DNA from: Camelus ferus
Lineage: Eukaryota
DNA: 64,000 bases
Assembly: GCF_009834535.1 (NCBI RefSeq)
Contig: NC_045707.1
Coordinates: 64,296,001-64,360,000 of the forward strand
Direction of reading: 5' to 3'
Positions 52,401 to 64,000 of this stretch are shown one piece after another. Within the stretch, counting starts at the first letter, position 1. Every line of letters begins with the position of its first letter. Under the pieces are notes generated by a model. It saw only the letters and a list, made by a program, of their open reading frames with translations. It was not told where the DNA came from and made no database searches. The translations under genes and the position numbers were made by a program.

Positions 52401-54429
52401 CCTGAGAGTTTACTAATGTGATACCTTTCTCCAAACAAAGTCAGGAGCTCTCAGCCAGCCTCACAGTTTTGTGATATTATGACAGATCAGAAGAAAGTTC
52501 TTTTTAAAAGCTGCTGCATTCCATTTGCTAAATTGTTCAGGCACATAGTTAATAACAGAGCAAGTAGGAAGAAGCAGCATTGCGTACAACTATTAGTTCT
52601 TCCTTGATTTAAGGAAATAAAGTTGAGTAACCAATTCCAGCTTGCCCTGCTCTGTATTTAAAAGGCTACCATGTAACAAAAAACTGACTTGGCAGTCTGA
52701 ACAGGACAGTGTTCTGGGTTCAATCATTTTGTGGGTCAGCTAGCTATGTTGTGCTCTAAATTCTGGCTAACCATTTCCCCCACGTATACTGTTGCTTGGA
52801 AACAGAAAGCGAAATAATATGTGAAAAATCAAATCCATCCCTACTACTGGAAAAGCAAATAAATGTGCTCAAAATGTGTTTCCTACATTGGTTGATGGTT
52901 GGTTGGTTGATTGATAGCATTGTCTTCTTGTACAAAGATGAGCCAAAAGAAAAAAAATTTACCTCCCCCCAAAATGACAGACATTAAAGTCAAAATGTAT
53001 CTAGATCATTGTTTTCTTAAATAGAATACACATACATGTGTATCATAGTTTGTGGAAGAACTCACAGGAAGATACATTAGATTCAGTTCAACACATTTTT
53101 AAATGTCTCAGGAGCAACAAGAGACAATATTTATAGCTTCTCTGCTGGTAGTGGAGCCTCATAATAAGTTGGTTTCTATCAAGCATCACCCCCTACCCCT
53201 AAGATTCTTTTTTTAACTCTAAGACTTCGTAAATGCATACATATTCAGTTTTAGTTTGGACTCTATTTTGAGGTTCTTGGATGAAAAATGTCATACATTT
53301 TTGAGTAATTGTGTGAGTAACATTTAGCTAAAGATAGAATGTAAAACTTCTTATAAGTGGAAGGAACAGATATCCAGGTATAGTTTTACTTTTAGAGCTA
53401 TAGTTAACTACCCTAAGGGATTACTTCCTAAGGGATTACTAAGCATATGGGGTTACCAGTCTATGAAGCATTTACCCAAAATGGTCCAAGTGTATGGAAC
53501 CTCTTAGGTCTGTGCTGAACTATGTATGAAATTGAAAATGTTGTGATTGATCCCATTGAACGCAATGCGCCACGAGGAAGAGTCAATTTCATAATGATTA
53601 ATGAAGGACAGGGTACAATTCAGGAAGCTCTAGGAAAAAGGAGAAACTGCTTAATCCTCCAGGGCAGCCAGCTTCTCTGGTTCTTCTGTAAAGTTGAGTA
53701 AAGTAAATCAAACCCCATCAGTTTCCCTAAGTTCAGATCTAATGAGGGACGTGGCATTCATTACATCCAATTGTGTAGCCATCTAGATCCATCATGATTT
53801 CTGATTTAAGTTGATGCAAGTATCCCAAGGAAGAGCTGGTTCTTTTTTGGGGAAAGGGTGGGGAGCACGTTTCAGATTTGAAATACTCAGCTCTGAAAAC
53901 TTTCCAATGGACATTGGCATGAGGTTTATCAAGGAGGGGAAGGCAGCCTTCAGTCCCAGCAGAATGTACTGTGTGCAGGTCCACTGCTGAACTATGGATT
54001 GAATAACTGAGTGTCAAATTAAATTTTGTTGCTTTAACAACCAAACTAACTGGCCCGTTAAGGGTCGTTCCTGGTCAGTAATCCAGTCTGTTGTTCAGAG
54101 TATGACTGTGTTGAATGTCTCCAAAACTAATTCCATCAGAAGACGATTGAATTGGTGTCATCAGGCCTTACAATGTTGTGAAAGGACATTCTGAGACCTT
54201 TGGTTTCCTTCCTGAGTGTGCAATGACACAAATGCAAAACAATTATGTATTTGTCTCCAGTTATGGCATTTGGCATTTGGGGGGCACTTCGAAAGTAGAA
54301 TGAATACTTTTGGTTGAATTTAAAACAAGCGGAGGACAGCCAACAATACAAGGACTTCATTGGCTCCAATCACATTTCAAAAGCTTACATTTTTTAACAC
54401 ATATCAGAGCTACAAGAGGAAACAAAAAA

Positions 54430-55060
54430 AGTAACCATATAAATGAGAATGATTAAACCTGCTAGGAATCCGAGAAATGCAAATTAAAATGATAATAGAG
54501 ATTCTGTGAGATTGGGCCAGAAGAGCCAGCATCCCTGACAGCTGCCAGGGAGTTGACATTGTAAATGTGTAGAGTCATTTTGAAGAACAATCTGACAGTA
54601 AATTTTAAGAATCAGAAAGTATTACTCTGCTTCTGAATATTTTTATCCTAAGGAAACAGTTCACAAGCAGAAAAAGGTTAGAGTTGCAAAAAAGTTTATG
54701 GCAGCCAGACTGGTTCATCCTTGTAAAAATGTGGGAGGATCTGAAATGTTAAGGCTTAGAGGAATGGAAAAATAAGGAATCTTTACTAAACAGTCAGGAA
54801 AAGTCATCAATGTAGACATAGTGGAGCAATGGGAAAAATGTTAAGTGAAAAAAAAAAAAAGGGAATACAAAAATCTCTATTTTCTCCCTGATTACAGTAT
54901 GTGGTATATGTTTCTATATGGACAAGAAGTGAAATGGGACAGAAGAAATAAAACCAGTTGTGCTTGAGTGGAGAAAATTTGGGGTCATATAGATTAAGAA
55001 TCCCAAATGTATATATAAGAGCAAATGGAATTCTTTTGAAATTGCTAAGTATATGGTATT
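54430..55060 (+). mobile_element. Old L1ME 3' fragments
   Basis: gaaatgcaaattaaaat, tgaagaacaatctgacagta, tttatcctaaggaaa. Confidence 0.55.
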
Positions 55061-56304
55061 GAAATGTAGTTAAAACACTACATGAACCAAAAATAGTCCG
55101 TTGTGAACTTTGGAGCATTTTGATTTTGAGACTTAGAGAACATAACCCTAAAAATGTTCCTTGTAGCTACTTTTTTGCTTTCTCGATACAACCCCCTCCA
55201 ACCAAACTTGTATACATTTAAAAAATTATGAAAGCAACGTAAATACACAAAAAAGCAAAAGAACAATCTGCAATACATCCCTCCCCTGTCTCTCACCTTA
55301 TTCCAGCCCTGCTACCACGAATACTATTTAACGTTTGGAACAAAGTAGTCTGAATTTGTAAAGCCAACTTCTATTGTTGGACAGTTTCTCTCCTTTTTTC
55401 CATCACCTACTATCAGCTAGCAGCAGCGACCATTTATTGATTCAGTCAGAGTGCTGGTTACTGTCCTGTTTGTTGTAGGGCAAATATCAAGGTGCTGATA
55501 AGAGAGAGGTCTTAGCCCAACCTTTATCGAAATGAGAGCCCTGAAATCCAGAATAAAATAGTTGGTAGGTGGTAGGGCTGGACATCCAGAGCCGTTCTCT
55601 GTGACTGCAGAACGCATGAATATGTCTGCTGTAAGCAGGACCCGCACTTACATCAGGGCAACCTTCAGGGGGAGAAGGGGACCCAGCTTCAGCTCTCCCC
55701 TCCCAAGGGATTCGCTTTGCAAAGCCCTCTGTCGGGGCTGGGATTGGCCAAGCAGGCAGTGTCAACGAGCCGAAGCCCCTGGTCCACACGTGCCTTGTTT
55801 CCCTGCTTTGCGCTCTCTCCCGCGCTGGACCACGTGCTCCGGGGGGTTCTGGTGCTGGGTGCTCACAGTGGAGGTTGTCTCCCGGTGGGCCTGTGATTGT
55901 AGCAGAGTGAGGGGCCGACTGCAGGCCACTCCTGCTGACCCAAGTGGAATTTCTGTCACAGGATCGCGGGAGATTCTAACAGTAACACTGGGATGTCAGC
56001 TCACGTTCCTTCTGAAAGCCACTCTGATCCTAAGACTTGTTATTGCTATTACTTTTCAGCATGGCTGAGGCTATCTTACCATATTACATAAATCTGGGAG
56101 AATCCTGTTATTGTGGCATCTAAGGTCTGAATCGAGTACTTGCCAGAACAACAGACGAGTTCCTCTTGGCATGTGCTGCGCTATCCTCCTTTACATCCTG
56201 AGAGGCCCCCAGTGTGCCTCAACCCAGGCTTCTCCAAAAGAAGCCTCCGCTTCCGTATCTTCCCCCTTGCATCCCGAGAAAACCACTCACTGCTTTCTTC
56301 TGTC

Positions 56305-56490
56305 TCAATCAGACAGACCTGGGTTAGAATCCTAATCCTGCCCCATACTAGTCATCCTGGGCCCTTCCCCAGTCTCCATTTCCTCGTCCATATAATGAAT
56401 ACATCGACATTTCATTTACAGAGTTTGTGAAAATCAGATGTTTAACATACTGCCCAGCACATGTAAGTCCTTGGAATGGTAGATCTATGT
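56305..56490 (+). mobile_element. MIR
   Basis: aatcagacagacctgggttagaatcct...cagtctccatttcctcgtccatataatg. Confidence 0.7.
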
Positions 56491-58379
56491 ATAAGCTTTA
56501 TTTGCCGGTCCACCTGAACAGAGGCCAGGATTCAGCCGTTCTCAATCTGCCCCTCTATACCCTAGAAGTCCTTTTTTATTCTCTGTCCTACTCAGCATGC
56601 ACATTCCTAGCCTTTACTGGCTGCCATCATCTGATTTCCATGTTTCCATTCCGATGCTGCTAATTACAGTATTATAGTTACTAACTCAGGCTCATACTCT
56701 ATGCTCTCTGACCTCAGCCCACTTGGTCCTCACTGCAGTGTGTTGTTTCTCCCTACTAGATTGAATTCTTTCCCGAATCTGCATACTTTTAAAGAATCCC
56801 AGTTGCATGCCCACCTTCCCTACTCTCAAGAGACGATCTGGCCTCCTGTTACAAAGAACATCACCGCTGTGTAACAAAGAGTGTGACAGCATAAAGAAAT
56901 ACTGTCATACTCTCTCTAAAGCTTTCCTATTAGAACTATCAGTTCTCTCTTGAAAACCATTGTCTATCCTCCCATGAAAGGCAAGATCATGTCATGAGTT
57001 TGGTTTGATTTTATTTCCTTTTTACGCACACTACATTTCCACCAATCTGAACAAGAACCCCAAATCCCTGTCTATTCCACCTTTGCAAGGATACCGTGAC
57101 GATTTCTTTTTTTAGAATGTCATTGCCCTGCATTTTCTATGTATCCAAATTCTTCCAGGCCTTTAGCAGCATCATTAAAATTTCATATGCTCCATAAAAA
57201 AAAAAAAAAAAAAAGAAACAAAACCTTCAGTGATTGTTCCAGTTCACTTTCCTATTTTAAAACATATGGCTTTTTGTTCTGCTTTTAGGGTGCATTCCAC
57301 CTTTTATTATGTCATTTGTCTACATTTCATCCCTCCTCTGAGAAAATGAGCTTCTTAAGAAAATGCAACCAGGAGTTACATGTATTTGTAGATTCTCAGG
57401 GAGCCGTTGTTGAAGTGGTGCACAGCCAGTGAAGAGGGCAGGTTTACAGGGCCCCCTCTGCTCCTCACCCTCTCTCTGCCTTTGAAGTCTCTTTGAAGTG
57501 AAAGAAACTCTACCCAGAGAAGAGCTCCTCAGGGAGACAGGTCAGGTGAGGATCAGGTCCTGTGTGCTCCATGGGGATCTTTGGAACTGAAGGGACAAAG
57601 AAGAGGAGAGAGGATCCACTTGAAATGTGGTCCAGGAGGCTCTGGTATCTCCTATTGCTGAACAGTGTCAACGACCCTGTACCTTTCTCTGACGCGGAGA
57701 AGTCACTTCAGTCCCAACCTTCGGGTTTTACAGATTAAAATTTTGCCGAGAAAAGCCCCTTCTACCCGGAGCTTGATTCCTGGTGATCTAGGTTCGAGGG
57801 TCTTACAAACTGAGAAATGCAAACCCTGCAAATATGTATTCATATTTGTCATACCTTTTCCTTAAAGAGCCTGGGTTAAGCACAGAAAGAATGGAGGGCC
57901 AGAAAGGAGGACAAAAAAAGCATTAATTCAAAATATGTGTGGGTACATGTATGTATATACACGTATATATTCTCCTTACCTGCAGCAACGTCTAAAGAAC
58001 AAGGCTTTTTATCTTTTATTAGATCTCATCTTATGCATGGTGACTCTGTGGAACTAGTGTAATCTTTTACTACAGTGTTGGGCTGAGCCTTCCAATAAAA
58101 ATAAAGACTAAGTTCTTAAGCATAATGCTGGATTTCTCAGCATTTTTAAAGTAAGGAATCTTGTAAAATATTGGATTTCTCATTGCATATTTCTTTGATA
58201 GAACATTAATCCTAAATAGTTTTTAGAAACTTCTCTCCATATAAAGTGGAGGGATCAGATCTCCTATATCTTTTTAAAGTATCCTGTTTACAATCAGAAA
58301 GGTGCCTCCTTACTTCTCTTTCTATGAAACAGTGACATCTACTGCTCAGTGGGGCTAATCCTGGGGGATGCTCTCAGGC

Positions 58380-58743
58380 TGGAACATCCAGTGTTGCCTT
58401 TGGAGCCAGAGGCAGGGCCACAGTCACCTTCCCGTCCACCGCCCCATCCTGCTGGGGTCCCTCGTGTTTGAACTTGTGCACAAGCTGGATTCTCTCCTTT
58501 CTGGATTAGTTTGTTTCCTCTGTAACAATTCTGTTAGGAAGTCTTTCCTCATAGTGAGCCCAAAGTTGTTTCTTTTTAACTTGTAACTTTCTCTTAGCCT
58601 TATCCTTGGCATAATGTTCAAGTAAAATTCCTTCTCCGCATGGTAGCGCTGGAGAAAGAAGGATGTTATGTCCCGTCAGAGCTTCCTTTTTCCATCTAAA
58701 TTATCTCACTTCCTTCAGCTTTCCTGGATATTATTTCAAGCCC
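58380..58743 (-). mobile_element. L3/CR1 LINE 3' fossil
   Basis: ORF 58424-58621 (RLRESYKLKRNNFGLTMRKDFLT) aligns by eye to the CR1 ORF2 C-terminus (RTRGNGFKLKEGRFRLDIRKKFFT). Upstream reads like GLE...LKELGLFSLEKRRLRGD. Confidence 0.75.
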
Positions 58744-60408
58744 CTCTCTACATCTTTCCCAGTCTCGGCATCTCACCTACATCAGAAAAATAAAAATGTG
58801 CACGTCGCAGAAGGTCGATCGTCGTATAAGTAAGCAACGTCATCCTTTTTTCAATGGCAACAATGATCCAATGGAGAAGCGAGTGGAATTTGAAGAGAGA
58901 AGATCTGGGTTCAACCCCAGCTCCCTCACAGAAGCCATAGGTCCTATGCAAATCACCCAGCCACTCCAAACCTTCATTTACTAGGCTGTAAAATGAACAT
59001 GACGGTAACAACCGCCTAGCTGGTTTGCTCCTAGGCTTAAAATGCAATTCAACAAGGCATTCATTGCGCGAAGAGCACTTCGGCACAGCCACTCAGTCAG
59101 TACATCAGAAAACGGAAGCCTTCTTGTTATGAACCAGCTGCTGCTGGACGAGATAAACAAACATGAGGAAGGCTGAGGAGAAATGGAAAGTGAGAAGCAA
59201 TAAAGAAAATAGAAGGAATAGGAGAACGCGCAGCATGTTTTAAATTAACTATAAACATGTAAAGGTTTGTAAAGTCTGAGCCAATTTTATGCATATCCTG
59301 TGTGCTGAGCTCATATCCAGTGTCTGGTGTATAAAGCAGATTAGTAAGTGTTTTCTGGATGAATGAACTTCATACAGATCAAAATATACTATACAGCAAC
59401 AGAGAAAAACATCATAAAGTTAGTATTATCGTGACATTTCCTGTGTGAAATGTGATACAATATAAAAAGCCCAAATATAGAAGATGTTGAGCTATGCCTA
59501 TGTTGCATGGTACATTTAATAGCCTGAAAGAAGCTATTCGTTCAGCAGTTTTTGTTATGCATTTGGAAACTGACGGATCCATATTGCATGCATGTGTTAA
59601 GCCCTTTTCCACACAAGCATCATCAACAGAAATTCATCTTTAGGGACTACCTGTGTTTCAGCATAGGTGTTAAGAATGCAAAGTATAAATTATCCTCTCT
59701 TCCCTAGAGGAGTTTACAGCAGAGTTGAGGAAACAATTAAGGCACATGAAATGATGACTAACAAGCACAAAGAATAAAAGAATTGCACAGCCAGTGGCAG
59801 CCAGACCATTCGAGCAGATGTCTCACGTTATGCCTCATAACCATTGGGGTCATTTTCCATTATACGTGAGTCAAGCCCACCAATTTTGGATGTGTATTAT
59901 GCCTATTCTGAGTCAGATAAAGTGCCTAATGAAGAAAAGGAAAACGGGGAAATTTGAAAGTATTTGAATGAACTTTGAGTCAGTTCCTAAGGCAGTGGTG
60001 ACCACCTGGCACTCAGAGAGTTGAAGTTCTTCAGTGGTCTTGAGGCGAGCAAGCTGGATGCTGCAGTGAGCTGGGGCCCCCAGTAAAGGGATTGCATTTT
60101 CTTGTCTGCGTTTTCAGTGTAACCTCTCTTTGTTTGGGCTCATCATTTGCCTAATAAAGAGAGGTGTTTCTGTGCTATTTCAGTAACAGAATCGTCATGA
60201 GAATAATATGAAATAATACAGGAAAAAAAGCTTTTGAAAATCTTGTTCTGAAAATGCAAATTGATACTTTCCCTTGTTCTTATTCTCTCGCGAGGGGAAG
60301 CACATTCTCCTGCCTTTCCAAAGAGGTCGTGCATGAGCAGGTTTAGTCTCACACCACTTCTGAGTCATCTTAATCAGCCATGGTCTACTTTTTTAAATGG
60401 AGCCTTGA

Positions 60409-60503
60409 GGGGAGGGAAATAACTCAGTGGTAGAGCATATGCTTAGCCTGCACGAGGTCCTGGGTTCGATCCTCAGTACCTCCATTAAAAAAGTAAAAAT
60501 AAA
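60409..60503 (+). mobile_element. tRNA-derived SINE (camelid-type, short form)
   Basis: ggggagggaaataactcagtggtagagcatatgcttagcctgcacgaggtcctgggttcgatcctcagtacctcc plus A tail, flanked by gagcctt on both sides. Confidence 0.9.
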
Positions 60504-60794
60504 AAATGAGCCTTAAATAAAGACATATTGGATGGATCAGTACACCTAAAGTAAAGGACCAGTGTGGCAAGTTGATTGGTCAGTCTTACTAGTTGATGTG
60601 GATTCTGATGTAATCAGTTTGGCTGCAGTGATCAGCATTGATCGTGAAAGTTGCTAAAATGAGTAACGTGGGCAGATATGTGGCAGTTTCCTTGTGTAGT
60701 ATTAGAAACGATGGGTTTTAAGTGATTAACACACTTAAATACACAGAAGCCCTTGTTATTGACCTTGGCATATTCCCTCAAGTCCATGTCCCAC

Positions 60795-61925
60795 ATTCCC
60801 TGTAAACATTCACATGCAGGTCTTTGTGTGTTTTGTTAAGTTTTCATCTCATTTGGGTAAATACCAAGGAGGGTCTGGATCATAAGGTGAGAGCACGTTT
60901 AGTTTTGAAATAAAGTCACAAACTGTCTTCCGAAGTGGCCATACCATCTTAGATTCCCACCAGCGATGAATGAGTGTCTGTTGCTCCACAACCTTACCAA
61001 CATTTAGTGTCGTCAGTGTTCAGCTATTGGCTTTTCTAGTTGGTGTAGTAATATTTCATTGTTTTAATTTGCATTTCTTTGATGACATATGATACGGAAC
61101 ATCTTTTCATTAGTTTATTTGCTATTTATATGTCTTCCTTGGCGAGGTGTCTGTTATAGTCCCTGGCCCACTTTTTAATTGGATTGTGCTGAATTGGGTA
61201 CCGTGTACCAGGTACCACCCCAACTGGGTGGAGGATGGCAAAGATCATCACTGTGTCAACCACCAGGAGTAGAAGTCCAAAAAGTCCATTGCAGCTTGAT
61301 ACCAGTCACCAAGGAAAACACAACACAATCAAGCACTGGATGGAACCAGGCTTTACTTAAAGAAATGAGCCAGACAATGGAATATTATATTCCATTATTA
61401 TTCAGCACTAATTAGAAATGAGCTATCAATCCTGAAAACACATGGAGGAAACTTAAATGCATATTACTAAGTGATAGAAACTGGTCTGAAAAAGCTGCAT
61501 TCTATGATTCCAACTATATGACGTTCTGGAAAAGGCAACACCAAGGAGACAGTAAAAAGACCAGTGGATGCTGGGGGTTTGGGCAGAAGGAAGATGAATA
61601 GGTGGAGCACAGAGGATATTTAGGGCAGCGAAACTACTCTGTCCAATGCTGTAATGGTGAATCCATGTCATTATAAATTTGTCCAGACCCATAAAATGTA
61701 TAGCATTAAGACCAGACCCTAATGTAAACTCTGATTTTAGGTGATAATAATACATCAATGTAGGTTCTATAATTGTAACAAATGTACTACTCTGGTGGAG
61801 GATGTTGATAATGGAAGAATCTATGAAGGTATCGAGGCAGAGAGTATATGGGAAATCTCTGAATCTTCCACTCAATTTTGCTGTGAACATAAAACTGCTC
61901 TAAAATATGTCTATTAAAAAAGAAA
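60795..61925. mobile_element. L1MC1-like element with inverted 5' part (- about 60795-61186, + about 61370-61925)
   Basis: Antisense ORF2 end (ctgtaaacattcacatgcaggtctttgtgtg), then sense 3' UTR ending caattttgctgtgaacataaaactgctctaaaa...aaaaa. Confidence 0.85.
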
Positions 61926-63339
61926 GTCAATGACCTGGCCAACTTCCTTTTATCCTCATCTGCTTTTTCAATATCTTCAATGTGACAAACTGTAACACAC
62001 CAAGACATTTAAAATCATGGAATTTAAAAATATCTGCAGTTTATTTCAGTATATCTTTGCTTGAAAGACAATTATTCAGATGGGGGACGAAATGTAAAAT
62101 GAAATAGAGATTAATAGTCAAAACCCTGAAGATTCCATTTTAATCAAATAATCTGGATAATTTATTGGACAAGTTAGTAGCGCTGGAATTTTAGATAAAT
62201 TAGATCTTGATTTGAGGGTCCGTTTTCCCTAGTTATAGCAACAATTAGACTTGTTTACCCTAAAAAATTGGGCTGCCATGGTCAGCTGAACATTGCATCA
62301 CCATATGGACATTAGCTGAAAGGATCTCATAACATATCTGTGAGCTGTTTTGTTGAAGGTAAGCATGAACATTTTTCATATTTGCTAAGATTCTTTAAAT
62401 TCTTTGGAGAACTTGAAGTCTTATAATATTTAATACCAAGTATTGTTCAAAGAAAAATGATCTAATACCAGGGACATTTAGAAAGGCTTTCATAAATACA
62501 TTAAAATAGACTTGAGCTGTAAGACAGAAGTAAATGTGTCATGAAAATAAGAGAAAGAATACATGAGAATTTTTGGAAGTGAATGTATGCAGAGTTTCTT
62601 CTAAGTCGGTCTTCAAAAAGGAACATGTTAGGTCATTGTAGTTTTTATGAGAAAACCGCTAAGGGAATACGTGGGGGAAATTGGAAATATACTTATCAGC
62701 AATTCCGGATAACATGGTTTTGAAGATTAACTATTGGCCAAGGAAATGAAAACAGTGGGGCAAATGGCAAGCTAAATGAGTGTCTAACAGTCACTGAGGC
62801 TTTAGAAGTCAAACAGAAACCAGAGGAAATAGAGAACATGGGTTCAAGAAGAGAATCAATGAGGCAAAATAGGAAATGTGTGCTATTGGAATGACTATTA
62901 ACAAAACATCAAACTGCTATACCTCTCTGAATAACACGGAACAGAAGCAGTAAATTCCCAAGGGTCTTCATTATGTTCAGTTATGTAACTTGTGAGTAAG
63001 GTATCTTGATTTTACGGTTAAACTGTCCCTACAGTAAAGCACTTAATAATATTGACAGCATTGCTGATCTACTGATGTATATAATGACTCAGTGTTAGAA
63101 ATTGGTCACATCAAAGGCTCATGAAGAAAATTGAAATGGGACCTTTTTTCTTAAAGGAGAAAATAAATTTATAGATTTTTAACTTCTGGAGCCTCATGGA
63201 AAATAAGCAAGAGGCATGTTTAAAGAATGTCATTCCAGACAATTACAAATGCCTTTCTTTTGAAAAAAATAGTTTAGGCTCTTATAAAATGATGATATGA
63301 CACCTTTACTGTTGAGTATTGTATTCTACTGGAAATCGC

Positions 63340-63570
63340 TCAGGCTATGGAATTGGGCAGCTAAGGTTACTTGCTGTTCATTATAATGCAAACTGTACAA
63401 TTAACTTAACCTCTGTGAACCTCCATTTCCTCATCTGTAAAATGGGAATGATAAAAGTATTTACTCTATCATGTTCTGTCAGAAAATAACATATTCAGTG
63501 TCTCTAGCTCGTGTCTAGTTAGCATGGAACATTGAGCAAAGACAAACGTTATAACGAATTTGTTATTATG
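63340..63570 (+). mobile_element. MIR
   Basis: acttaacctctgtgaacctccatttcctcatctgtaaaatgggaatgata. Confidence 0.75.
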
Positions 63571-64000
63571 GTTTTAAAACAAACACTTTGGAGGAATAAA
63601 TACTGGAATGAGACTATTCTGACAACAGTAGGTATCAGGCAAGTTATGGAATCTGGCCCAAGATATTATGACGAGATCTTTTACCCAAAGGGAAGGTTAG
63701 ATTCAACATAACATAGGGCAATTACTAGAACAAAGAAATCTATTTCGTCATCACACTCCAATAATTTTAAATTCTTCAATCAACTCATTACAAATATATG
63801 TTTATTTAATATATGCTCTAAATAATAGCAACTTATCAAGTTATTCAGTATCCCAAAGAATAAGACTTTTGCAACATGAGTAAGTCTCATAGGAGAATAA
63901 AACGAGTGCCTTAGAGAAAACATTAGCTGTTCTATAAAGGATGCACTGTTATATTTCATATGTTCTTATGATTAAAAAGAGAGATAACTTAGCTTTTGCA

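Noticed and set aside
53522..53701. 59-codon ATG ORF MYEIENVVIDPIERNAPRGRVNFIMINEGQGTIQEALGK...
   Set aside because: No recognisable family, splice context or promoter, and the length is within chance expectation
55562..56068. Longest ORF (168 aa) and possible CpG island
   Set aside because: Locally GC-rich sequence lowers stop frequency. There is no domain similarity, and CpG density looks too low for an island
62000..63330. Possible endogenous non-retroviral virus fragment in the A-rich unique stretch
   Set aside because: The ORF track shows no ORF here, and the one frame I hand-translated had frequent stops and no polymerase or nucleoprotein motif. A tBLASTx against viral proteins would be needed to revisit it
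1..64000. The ORF track as evidence of genes
   Set aside because: The ORFs are short, often begin at TTG or GTG, and fall in repeats or microsatellites. The only recognisable homologies are L1, L2 and CR1 remnants

Overview
This is mammalian, non-coding, repeat-rich DNA (intergenic or deep intron). It is most likely from a camelid (camel, alpaca or llama), judged from three tRNA-derived SINEs and the 3' ends of the young L1 copies. I found no recognisable protein-coding gene, RNA gene or CpG-island promoter. The listed ORFs that resemble known proteins are transposon fossils: L1 ORF1p (12345-12542), L2 RT (13379-13585), L1 ORF2p C-terminus (36816-37220) and CR1/L3 ORF2 C-terminus (58424-58621). 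The window holds ancient L2, MIR, L3/CR1, L1M, MaLR/ERVL LTRs and MER33/MER46C/MER5 DNA transposons, overlaid by younger SINEs, very short L1 3' tails with target-site duplications (TSDs) and a full ERV1-type solo LTR. The most notable details are a probable L1 3' transduction (10577-11213), a fold-back plus 28-bp templated insertion copied from 2.8 kb away (39025-39070), a double AT-rich palindrome (27756-27932), a strand-asymmetric hairpin (16496-16579), an AP-1 motif cluster (59867-59982) and weak minus-strand exon candidates. I see no evidence for a novel multi-gene system. Repeat family names come from my recollection of consensus sequences, not from a RepeatMasker run, and boundaries without TSDs are approximate.
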